64,000 nucleotides of DNA from Eledone cirrhosa (taxonomy: Eukaryota). Made by a program: the position numbers and the translations under genes. The notes below the pieces were generated by a model, which worked only from the letters and a program-made list of their open reading frames with translations, was not told the DNA's origin and did no database searches. Below are positions 51,788-64,000 of this stretch, in pieces. Where the stretch lies: NCBI GenBank assembly GCA_964016885.1, contig OZ024741.1, positions 397,916,001-397,980,000 of the forward strand, read 5' to 3'. Positions within the stretch are counted from its first letter, which is position 1. Every line of letters starts with the position of its first letter.

Positions 51788-54700
51788 CAGTTACTTCCCC
51801 TGTCAATTCTACTCTCCTCTCACAACCTATTACTTTACAGTTACTTCCCCTGTCACTTCTACTCTCCTCTCACAACATATTACATTACAGTTACTTCCCC
51901 TGTCACTTCTACTCTCCTGTCACAACCTATTACTTTACAGTTACTTACCCTGTCACTTCTACTCTCCTCTCACAACCTATTACATTACAGTTACTTACCC
52001 TGTCACAACCTATTACATTACAGTTACTTCCCCTGTCACAACCTATTACATTACAGTTACTTACCCTGTCACTTCTACTCTCCTCTCACAACCTATTACT
52101 TTACAGTTACTTACCCTGTCACTTCTACTCTCCTCTCACAATCTATTACATTACAGTTACTTACCCTGTCACAACCTATTGCATTACAGTTACTTCCCCT
52201 GTCAATTCTACTCTCTTCTCACAACCTATTACTTTACAGTTACTTACTCTGTCACAACCTATTACATTACAGTTACTTCCCCTGCCACTTCTACTCTCCT
52301 CTCACAACATTACATTACAGTTACTTCCCCTGTCAATTCTACTCTCCTGTCACAACCTATTACATTACAGTTACTTCCCCTGTCACAACCTATTACATTA
52401 CAGTTACTTCCCCTGTCACAACCTATTACATTACAGTTACTTCCCCTGTCACTTCTACTCTCCTCTCACAACCTATTACTTTACAGTTACTTCCCCTGTC
52501 ACTTCTACTCTCCTGTCACAACCGATTACTTTACAGTTACTTACCCTGTCACTTCTACTCTCCTCTCACAACCTATTATATTACAGTTACTTACCCTGTC
52601 ACAACCTATTACATTACAGTTACTTCCCCTGTCACAACCTATTACATTACAGTTACTTACCCTGTCACTTCTACTCTCCTCTCACAACCTATTACTTTAC
52701 AGTTACTTACCCTGTCACTTCTACTCTCCTCTCACAATCTATTACATTACAGTTACTTACCCTGTCACAACCTATTGCATTACAGTTACTTCCCCTGTCA
52801 ATTCTACTCTCCTCTCACAACCTATTACTTTACAGTTACTTACCCTGTCACAACCTATTACATTACAGTTACTTCCCCTGTCACTTCTACTCTCCTCTCA
52901 CAACCTATTACTTTACAGTTACTTCCCCTGTCACTTCTACTCTCCTCTCACAACCTATTACTTTACAGTTACTTCCCCAGTCACTTCTACTCTCCTCTCA
53001 CAACCTATTACTTTACAGTTACTTCCCCTGTCAATTCTACTCTCCTCTCACAACCTAATACATTACAGTTACTTCCCCTGTCACAACCTATTACTTTAGA
53101 GTTACTTCCCCTGTCACTTCTACTCTCCTCTCACAACCTATTACATTACAGTTACTACCCCTGTAAATTCTACTCTCCTCTCAAAACCTATTACTTTACA
53201 GTTACTTCCCCTGTCACTTCTACTCTCCTCTCACAACCTATTACTTTACAGTTACTTCCCCTGTCACTGCTACTCTCCTCTCACAACCTATTATATTACA
53301 GTTACTTCCCCTGTCAATTCTACTCTCCTCTCACAACTTATTACTTTACAGTTACTTCCCCTGTCACTTCTACTCTCCTCTCACAACATATTACATTACA
53401 GTTACTTCCCCTGTCACTTATACTCTCCTCTCACAACCTATTACATTACAGTTACTTACCCTGTCACTTCTACTCTCCTCTCACAACCTATTACTTTACA
53501 GTTACTTCCCCTGTCACTTCTACTCTCCTCTCACAACCTATTACATTACAGTTACTTACCCTGTCACAACCTATTACATTACAGTTACTTCCCCTGTCAA
53601 TTCTACTCTCCTGTCACAACCTATTACTTTACAGTTACTTACCCTGTCACAACCTATTACATTACAGTTACTTCCCCTGTCACTTCTACTCTCCTATCAC
53701 AACCTATTACTTTACAGTTACTTCCCCTGTCACTTCTACTCTCCTCTCACTACCTATTACATTACAGTTACTTCCCCTGTCACTTCTACTCTCCTCTCAC
53801 AACCTATTACTATACAGTTACTTCCCCTGTCACTTCTACTCTCCTCTCACAACCTATTACATTACAGTTACTTCCCCTGTCACTTCTACTCTCCTCTCAC
53901 AAGCTATTACTTTACAGTTACTTCCCCTGTCACTTCTACTCTCCTATCACAACCTATTACTTTACAGTTACTTCCCCTGTCACTTCTACTCTACTCTCAC
54001 AACCTATTACATTACAGTTACTTCCCCTGTCACTTCTACTCTCCTCTCACAACCTATTACATTACAGTTACTTCCCTGTCACTTCTACTCTCCTCTCACA
54101 ACCTATTACATTACAGTTACTTCCCCTGTCACTTCTACTCTTCTCTCACAACCTATTACTTTACAGTTACTTCCCCTGTCACTTCTACTCTCCTCTCACA
54201 ACCTATTACATTACAGTTACTTCCCCTGTCACTTCTACTCTCCTCTCACAACCTATTACATTACAGTTACTTCCCCTGTCACAACCTATTACATTACAGT
54301 TACTTCCCCTGTCACTTCTACCCTCCTCTCACAACCTATTACTTTACAGTTACTTACCCTGTCACAGCCTATTACATTACAGTTACTTCCCCTGTCACTT
54401 CTACTCTCCTCTCACAACCTATTACTTTACAGTTACTTACCCTGTCACAACCTATTACATTACAGTTACTTCCCCTGTCACTTCTACTCTCCTCTCACAA
54501 CCTACTACTTTACAGTTACTTACCCTGTCACAGCCTATTACATTACAGTTACTTCCCCTGTCACTTCTACTCTCCTCTCACAACATTACATTACAGTTAC
54601 TTCCCCTGTCACTTCTACTCTCCTCTCACAACCTATTACAATACAGTTACTTACCCTGTCACAACCTATTACATTACAGTTACTTCCCCTGTCACATCTA

Positions 54701-57700
54701 CTCTCCTCTCACAACCTATTACATTACAGTTACTTCCCCTGTCACTTCTACTCTCCTGTCACAACCTATTACTTTACAGTTACTTCCCCTGTCACTTCTA
54801 CTCTCCTCTCACAACCTATTACTTTACAGTTACTTCCCCTGTCACTTCTACTCTCCTCTCACAACCTATTACATTACAGTTACTTCCCCTGTCACTTCTA
54901 CTCTCCTCTCACAACCTATTACTTTACAGTTACTTCCCCTGTCACTTCTACTCTCCTCTCACAACCTATTACTTTACAGTTACTTACCCTGTCACAGCCT
55001 ATTACATTACAGTTACTTCCCCTGTCACTTCTACTCTCCTCTCACAACCTATTACTTTACAGTTACTTACCCTGTCACAACCTATTACATTACAGTTACT
55101 TCCCCTGTCACTTCTATTCTCCTCTCACAACCTATTACTTTACAGTTACTTACCCTGTCACAGCCTATTACATTACAGTTACTTCCCCTGTCACTTCTAC
55201 TCTCCTCTCACAACCTATTACAATACAGTTACTTACCCTGTCACAACCTATTACATTACAATTACTTCCCCTGTCACTTCTACTCTCCTCTCACAACCTA
55301 TTACATTACAGTTACTTCCCCTGTCACTTCTACTCTCCTCTCACAACCTATTACTTTACAGTTACTTACCCTGTCACAACCTATTACTTTACAGTTACTT
55401 CCCCTGTCAATTCTACTCTCCTCTCACAAGCTATTACTTTACAGTTACTTACCCTGTCACAACCTATTACTTTACAGTTACTTACCCTGTCACAACCTAT
55501 TACTTTACAGTTACTTCCCCTGTCACTTCTACTCTCCTCTCACAACCTATTACTTTACAGTTATTTACCCTGTCACAACCTATTACTTTACAGTTACTTA
55601 CCCTGTCACAACCTATTACTTTACAGTTACTTCCCCTGTCACTTCTACTCTCCTCTCACAACCTATTACATTACAGTTACTTCCCCTGTCACTTCTACTC
55701 TCCTCTCACAACCTATTACTTTACAGTTACATACCCTGTCACAACCTATTACTTTACAGTTACTTACCCTGTCACAACCTATTACTTTACAGTTACTTAC
55801 CCTGTCACTTCTACTCTCCTCTCACAACCTATTACATTACTGTTACTTCCCCTGTCACTTCTACTCTCCTCTCACAACCTATTACTTTACAGTTACTTAC
55901 CCTGTCACAACCTATTACTTTACAGTTACTTCCCCTGTCACTTCTACTCTCCTCTCACAACCTATTACATTACAGTTACTTCCCCTGTCACTTCTACTCT
56001 CCTCTCACAACCTATTACTTTACAGTTACTTACCCTGTCACAACCTATTACTTTACAGTTACTTCCCCTGTCACTTCTACTCTCCTCTCTCAACCTATTA
56101 CTTTACAGTTACTTACCCTGTCACAACCTATTACTTTACAGTTACTTCCCCTGTCACTTCTACTCTCCTCTCACAAGCTATTACATTACAGTTACTTCCC
56201 CTGTCACTTCTCCTCTCCTCTCACAACCTATTATTTACAGTTACTTACCCTGTCACAACCTATTACTTTACAGTTACTTCCCCTGTCACTTCTACTCTCC
56301 TCTCACAACCTATTACTTTACAGTTACTTACCCTGTCACAACCTATTACTTTACAGTTACTTCCCCTGTCACTTCTACTCTCCTCTCACAACCTATTACA
56401 TTACAGTTACTTCCCCTGTCATTCTACTCTCCTCTCACAAGCTATTACTTTACAGTTACTTCCCCTGTCACTTCTACTCTCCTATCACAACCTATTACTT
56501 TACAGTTACTTCCCCTGTCACTTCTACTCTCCTCTCACAACCTATTACATTACAGTTACTTCCCCTGTCACTTCTACTCTCCTCTCACAACCTATTACAT
56601 TACAGTTACTTCCCCTGTCACTTCTACTCTCCTCTCACAACCTATTACATTACAGTTACTTCCCCTGTCACTTCTACTCTCCTCTCACAACCTATTACAT
56701 TACAGTTACTTCCCCTGTCACTTCTACTCTCCTCTCACAACCAATTACATTACAGTTACTTCCCCTGTCACAACCTATTACATTACAGTTACTTCCCCTG
56801 TCACTTCTACCCTCCTCTCACAACCTATTACTTTACAGTTACTTACCCTGTCACAGCCTATTACATTACAGTTACTTCCCCTGTCACTTCTACTCTCCTC
56901 TCACAACCTATTACTTTACAGTTAATTACCCTGTCACAACCTATTACATTACAGTTACTTCCCCTGTCACTTCTACTCTCCTCTCACAACCTATTACTTT
57001 ACAGTTACTTACCCTGTCACAGCCTATTACATTACAGTTACTTCCCCTGTCACTTCTACTCTCCTCTCACAACATTACATTACAGTTACTTCCCCTGTCA
57101 CTTCTACTCTCCTCTCACAACCTATTACAATACAGTTACTTACCCTGTCACAACCTATTACATTACAGTTACTTCCCCTGTCACTTCTACTCTCCTCTCA
57201 CAACCTATTACATTACAGTTACTTCCCCTGTCACTTCTACTCTCCTGTCACAACCTATTACTTTACAGTTACTTCCCCTGTCACTTCTACTCTCCTCTCA
57301 CAACCTATTACTTTACAGTTACTTCCCCTGTCACTTCTACTCTCCTCTCACAACCTATTACATTACAGTTACTTCCCCTGTCACTTCTACTCTCCTCTCA
57401 CAACCTATTACTTTACAGTTACTTCCCCTGTCACTTCTACTCTCCTCTCACAACCTATTACTTTACAGTTACTTACCCTGTCACAGCCTATTACATTACA
57501 GTTACTTCCCCTGTCACTTCTACTCTCCTCTCACAACATTACATTACAGTTACTTCCCCTGTCACTTCTACTCTCCTCTCACAACCTATTACAATACAGT
57601 TACTTCCCCTGTCACAACCTATTACATTACAGTTACTTCCCCTGTCACTTCTACTCTCCTCTCACAACCTATTACATTACAGTTACTTCCCCTGTCACTT

Positions 57701-60700
57701 CTACTCTCCTCTCACAACCTATTACTTTACAGTTACTTACCCTGTCACAACCTATTACTTTACAGTTACTTCCCCTGTCACTTCTACTCTCCTCTCACAA
57801 CCTTTTACTTTACAGTTACTTACCCTGTCACAACCTATTACTTTACAGTTACTTCCCCTGTCACTTCTACTCTCCTCTCACAACCTATTACATTACAGTT
57901 ACTTCCCCTGTCACTTCTACTCTCCTCTCACAACCTATGACTTTACAGTTACTTACCCTGTCACAACCTATTACTTTACAGTTACTTCCCCTGTCACTTG
58001 TACTCTCCTCTCACAACCTATTACTATACAGTTACTTCCCCTGTCACTTCTACTCTCCTCTCACAACCTATTACATTACAGTTACTTCCCCTGTCACAAC
58101 CTATTACATTACAGTTACTTCCCCTCTCACAACCTATTACTTTACAGTTACTTACCCTGTCATTCTACTCTCCTATCACAACCTATTACTTTACAGTTAC
58201 TTCCCCTGTCACTTCTACTCTCCTATCACAACCTATTACTTTACAGTTACTTACCCTGTCACCTCTACTCTCCTGTCACAACCTATTACATTACAGTTAC
58301 TTCCCCTGTCACTTCTACTCTCCTCTCACAACCTATTACTTTACAGTTACTTACCCTGTCACAACCTATTACTTTACAGTTACTTCCCCTGTCACTTCTA
58401 CTCTCCTCTCACAACCTATTACATTACAGTTACTTACCCTGTCACAACCTATTACATTACAGTTACTTCCCCTGTCACTTCTACTCTCCTCTCACAACCT
58501 ATTACTTTACAGTTACTTCCCCTGTCACTTCTACTCTCCTCTCACAACCTATTACTTTACAGTTACTTCCCCTGTCACTTCTACTCTCCTCTCACAACAT
58601 AATAAATTACAGTTACTTCCCCTGTCACTTCTACTCTCCTCTCACAACCTAATACATTACAGTTACTTCCCCTGTCACTTCTACTCTCCTCTCACAACCT
58701 ATTACTTTACAGTTACTTCCCCTGTCACTTCTACTCTCCTCTCACAACCTATTACATTACAGTTACTTCCCCTGTCACAACCTATTACATTACAGTTACT
58801 TACCCTGTCACTTCTACTCTCCTCTCAGAACCTATTACTTTACAGTTACTTACCCTGTCACTTCTACTCTCCTCTCACAATCTATTACATTACAGTTACT
58901 TACCCTGTCACAACCTATTGCATTACAGTTACTTCCCCTGTCAATTCTACTCTCCTCTCACAACCTATTACTTTACAGTTACTTACCCTGTCACAACCTA
59001 TTACATTACAGTTACTTCCCCTGTCACTTCTACTCTCCTCTCACAACCTATTACTTTACAGTTACTTCCCCTGTCACTTCTACTCTCCTCTCACAACCTA
59101 TTACTTTACAGTTACTTCCCCAGTCACTTCTACTCTCCTCTCACAACCTATTACTTTACAGTTACTTCCCCTGTCAATTCTACTCTCCTCTCACAACCTA
59201 ATACATTACAGTTACTTCCCCTGTCACAACCTATTACTTTAGAGTTACTTCCCCTGTCACTTCTACTCTCCTCTCACAACCTATTACATTACAGTTACTA
59301 CCCCTGTCAATTCTACTCTCCTCTCAAAACCTATTACTTTACAGTTACTTCCCCTGTCACTTCTACTCTCCTCTCACAACCTATTACTTTACAGTTACTT
59401 CCCCTGTCACTGCTACTCTCCTCTCACAACCTATTATATTACAGTTACTTCCCCTGTCAATTCTACTCTCCTCTCACAACCTATTACTTTACAGTTACTT
59501 CCCCTGTCACTTCTACTCTCCTCTCACAACATATTACATTACAGTTACTTCCCCTGTCACTTCTACTCTCCTGTCACAACCTATTACTTTACAGTTACTT
59601 ACCCTGTCACTTCTACTCTCCTCTCACAACCTATTACATTACAGTTACTTACCCTGTCACAACCTATTACATTACAGTTACTTCCCCTGTCACAACCTAT
59701 TACATTACAGTTACTTACCCTGTCACTTCTACTCTCCTCTCACAACCTATTACTTTACAGTTACTTACCCTGTCACTTCTACTCTCCTCTCACAATCTAT
59801 TACATTACAGTTACTTACCCTGTCACAACCTATTGCATTACAGTTACTTCCCCTGTCAATTCTACTCTCTTCTCACAACCTATTACTTTACAGTTACTTA
59901 CTCTGTCACAACCTATTACATTACAGTTACTTCCCCTGCCACTTCTACTCTCCTCTCACAACATTACATTACAGTTACTTCCCCTGTCAATTCTACTCTC
60001 CTGTCACAACCTATTACATTACAGTTACTTCCCCTGTCACAACCTATTACATTACAGTTACTTCCCCTGTCACAACCTATTACATTACAGTTACTTCCCC
60101 TGTCACTTCTACTCTCCTCTCACAACCTATTACTTTACAGTTACTTCCCCTGTCACTTCTACTCTCCTGTCACAACCGATTACTTTACAGTTACTTACCC
60201 TGTCACTTCTACTCTCCTCTCACAACCTATTATATTACAGTTACTTACCCTGTCACAACCTATTACATTACAGTTACTTCCCCTGTCACAACCTATTACA
60301 TTACAGTTACTTACCCTGTCACTTCTACTCTCCTCTCACAACCTATTACTTTACAGTTACTTACCCTGTCACTTCTACTCTCCTCTCACAATCTATTACA
60401 TTACAGTTACTTACCCTGTCACAACCTATTGCATTACAGTTACTTCCCCTGTCAATTCTACTCTCCTCTCACAACCTATTACTTTACAGTTACTTACCCT
60501 GTCACAACCTATTACATTACAGTTACTTCCCCTGTCACTTCTACTCTCCTCTCACAACCTATTACTTTACAGTTACTTCCCCTGTCACTTCTACTCTCCT
60601 CTCACAACCTATTACTTTACAGTTACTTCCCCAGTCACTTCTACTCTCCTCTCACAACCTATTACTTTACAGTTACTTCCCCTGTCAATTCTACTCTCCT

Positions 60701-63700
60701 CTCACAACCTAATACATTACAGTTACTTCCCCTGTCACAACCTATTACTTTAGAGTTACTTCCCCTGTCACTTCTACTCTCCTCTCACAACCTATTACAT
60801 TACAGTTACTACCCCTGTAAATTCTACTCTCCTCTCAAAACCTATTACTTTACAGTTACTTCCCCTGTCACTTCTACTCTCCTCTCACAACCTATTACTT
60901 TACAGTTACTTCCCCTGTCACTGCTACTCTCCTCTCACAACCTATTATATTACAGTTACTTCCCCTGTCAATTCTACTCTCCTCTCACAACTTATTACTT
61001 TACAGTTACTTCCCCTGTCACTTCTACTCTCCTCTCACAACATATTACATTACAGTTACTTCCCCTGTCACTTATACTCTCCTCTCACAACCTATTACAT
61101 TACAGTTACTTACCCTGTCACTTCTACTCTCCTCTCACAACCTATTACTTTACAGTTACTTCCCCTGTCACTTCTACTCTCCTCTCACAACCTATTACAT
61201 TACAGTTACTTACCCTGTCACAACCTATTACATTACAGTTACTTCCCCTGTCAATTCTACTCTCCTGTCACAACCTATTACTTTACAGTTACTTACCCTG
61301 TCACAACCTATTACATTACAGTTACTTCCCCTGTCACTTCTACTCTCCTATCACAACCTATTACTTTACAGTTACTTCCCCTGTCACTTCTACTCTCCTC
61401 TCACTACCTATTACATTACAGTTACTTCCCCTGTCACTTCTACTCTCCTCTCACAACCTATTACTATACAGTTACTTCCCCTGTCACTTCTACTCTCCTC
61501 TCACAACCTATTACATTACAGTTACTTCCCCTGTCACTTCTACTCTCCTCTCACAAGCTATTACTTTACAGTTACTTCCCCTGTCACTTCTACTCTCCTA
61601 TCACAACCTATTACTTTACAGTTACTTCCCCTGTCACTTCTACTCTACTCTCACAACCTATTACATTACAGTTACTTCCCCTGTCACTTCTACTCTCCTC
61701 TCACAACCTATTACATTACAGTTACTTCCCTGTCACTTCTACTCTCCTCTCACAACCTATTACATTACAGTTACTTCCCCTGTCACTTCTACTCTTCTCT
61801 CACAACCTATTACTTTACAGTTACTTCCCCTGTCACTTCTACTCTCCTCTCACAACCTATTACATTACAGTTACTTCCCCTGTCACTTCTACTCTCCTCT
61901 CACAACCTATTACATTACAGTTACTTCCCCTGTCACAACCTATTACATTACAGTTACTTCCCCTGTCACTTCTACCCTCCTCTCACAACCTATTACTTTA
62001 CAGTTACTTACCCTGTCACAGCCTATTACATTACAGTTACTTCCCCTGTCACTTCTACTCTCCTCTCACAACCTATTACTTTACAGTTACTTACCCTGTC
62101 ACAACCTATTACATTACAGTTACTTCCCCTGTCACTTCTACTCTCCTCTCACAACCTACTACTTTACAGTTACTTACCCTGTCACAGCCTATTACATTAC
62201 AGTTACTTCCCCTGTCACTTCTACTCTCCTCTCACAACATTACATTACAGTTACTTCCCCTGTCACTTCTACTCTCCTCTCACAACCTATTACAATACAG
62301 TTACTTACCCTGTCACAACCTATTACATTACAGTTACTTCCCCTGTCACATCTACTCTCCTCTCACAACCTATTACATTACAGTTACTTCCCCTGTCACT
62401 TCTACTCTCCTGTCACAACCTATTACTTTACAGTTACTTCCCCTGTCACTTCTACTCTCCTCTCACAACCTATTACTTTACAGTTACTTCCCCTGTCACT
62501 TCTACTCTCCTCTCACAACCTATTACATTACAGTTACTTCCCCTGTCACTTCTACTCTCCTCTCACAACCTATTACTTTACAGTTACTTCCCCTGTCACT
62601 TCTACTCTCCTCTCACAACCTATTACTTTACAGTTACTTACCCTGTCACAGCCTATTACATTACAGTTACTTCCCCTGTCACTTCTACTCTCCTCTCACA
62701 ACCTATTACTTTACAGTTACTTACCCTGTCACAACCTATTACATTACAGTTACTTCCCCTGTCACTTCTATTCTCCTCTCACAACCTATTACTTTACAGT
62801 TACTTACCCTGTCACAGCCTATTACATTACAGTTACTTCCCCTGTCACTTCTACTCTCCTCTCACAACCTATTACAATACAGTTACTTACCCTGTCACAA
62901 CCTATTACATTACAATTACTTCCCCTGTCACTTCTACTCTCCTCTCACAACCTATTACATTACAGTTACTTCCCCTGTCACTTCTACTCTCCTGTCACAA
63001 CCTATTACTTTACAGTTACTTCCCCTGTCAATTCTACTCTCCTCTCACAACCTATTACTTTACAGTTACTTCCCCTGTCACTTCTACTCTCCTCTCACAA
63101 CCTATTACAATACAGTTACTTACCCTGTCACAACCTATTACATTACAATTACTTCCCCTGTCACTTCTACTCTCCTCTCACAACCTATTACATTACAGTT
63201 ACTTCCCCTGTCACTTCTACTCTCCTGTCACAACCTATTACTTTACAGTTACTTCCCCTGTCAATTCTACTCTCCTCTCACAACCTATTACTTTACAGTT
63301 ACTTCCCCTGTCACTTCTACTCTCCTCTCACAACCTATTACATTACAGTTACTTCCCCTGTCACTTCTACTCTCCTCTCACAACCTATTACTTTACAGTT
63401 ACTTACCCTGTCACAACCTATTACTTTACAGTTACTTCCCCTGTCACTTCTACTCTCCTTTCACAACCTATTACTTTACAGTTACTTACCCTGTCACAAC
63501 CTATTACTTTACAATTACTTCCCCTGTCACTTCTACTCTCCTCTCACAACCTATTACTTTACAGTTACTTACCCTGTCACAACCTATTACTTTACAGTTA
63601 CTTACCCTGTCACTTCTACTCTCCTCTCACAACCTATTACATTACAGTTACTTCCCCTGTCACTTCTACTCTCCTCTCACAACCTATTACTTTACAGTTA

Positions 63701-64000
63701 CTTACCCTGTCACAACCTATTACTTTACAGTTACTTACCCTGTCACAACCTATTACTTTACAGTTACTTACCCTGTCACAACCTATTACTTTACAGTTAC
63801 TTACCCTGTCACTTCTACTCTCCTCTCACAACCTATTACATTACAGTTACTTCCCCTGTCACTTCTACTCTCCTCTCACAACCTATTACTTTACAGTTAC
63901 TTACCCTGTCACAACCTATAACTTTACAGTTACTTCCCCTGTCACTTCTACTCTCCTCTCACAACCTATTACTTTACAGTTACTTACCCTGTCACAACCT
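51788..64000. repeat. Tandem satellite SatB with interspersed 50-bp (CAGTTACTTCCCCTGTCACTTCTACTCTCCTCTCACAACCTATTACWTTA) and 33-bp (CAGTTACTTMCCCTGTCACAACCTATTACWTTA) units, continues beyond the right edge
   Basis: Continuous head-to-tail units. The short unit lacks the 17 bp TTCTACTCTCCTCTCAC. The long consensus is C19 T19 A10 G2 and has no stop codon on the plus strand. Confidence 0.99.

Noticed and set aside
51568-60753. Very long ORFs (up to 2118 aa) rich in S/T/L/Y/P/H/C, mucin-like at first sight
   Set aside because: The SatB monomer has no plus-strand stop in any frame, so all three frames are open. The 50-bp units and 1-2-bp indels shift frame freely, and two ORFs start across the N gap. 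There is no evidence of coding constraint.

Overview
Eukaryotic, repeat-dominated genomic DNA with no supportable complete protein-coding gene. The retroelement families look octopod/cephalopod-like, which is my inference from recalled motifs. Positions 1-~46,190 are a 50-bp tandem satellite (SatA, about 920 monomers) with two variant domains and layered higher-order duplications. Positions ~46,190-51,587 are a 5.4-kb island of retroelement debris. It includes a TSD-flanked tRNA-Arg-derived SINE whose 71-bp tRNA head is amplified 11-fold, other SINE fragments, RTE-LINE 3' ends and microsatellites. The most notable element is non-coding and sits inside a (TA)n tract (48,700-49,927). It consists of a 591-bp tandem unit plus an inverted segment. 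Each unit carries, on the minus strand, a type I hammerhead ribozyme with a compensatory U3-A8 core, an expanded helix II and a palindromic helix III, i.e. a Penelope-like pLTR / non-LTR retrozyme architecture. A 200-N gap (51,588-51,787) precedes a second satellite (SatB, mixed 50/33-bp units) that runs to the window end. The long ORFs in SatB are artefacts of a stop-free monomer.
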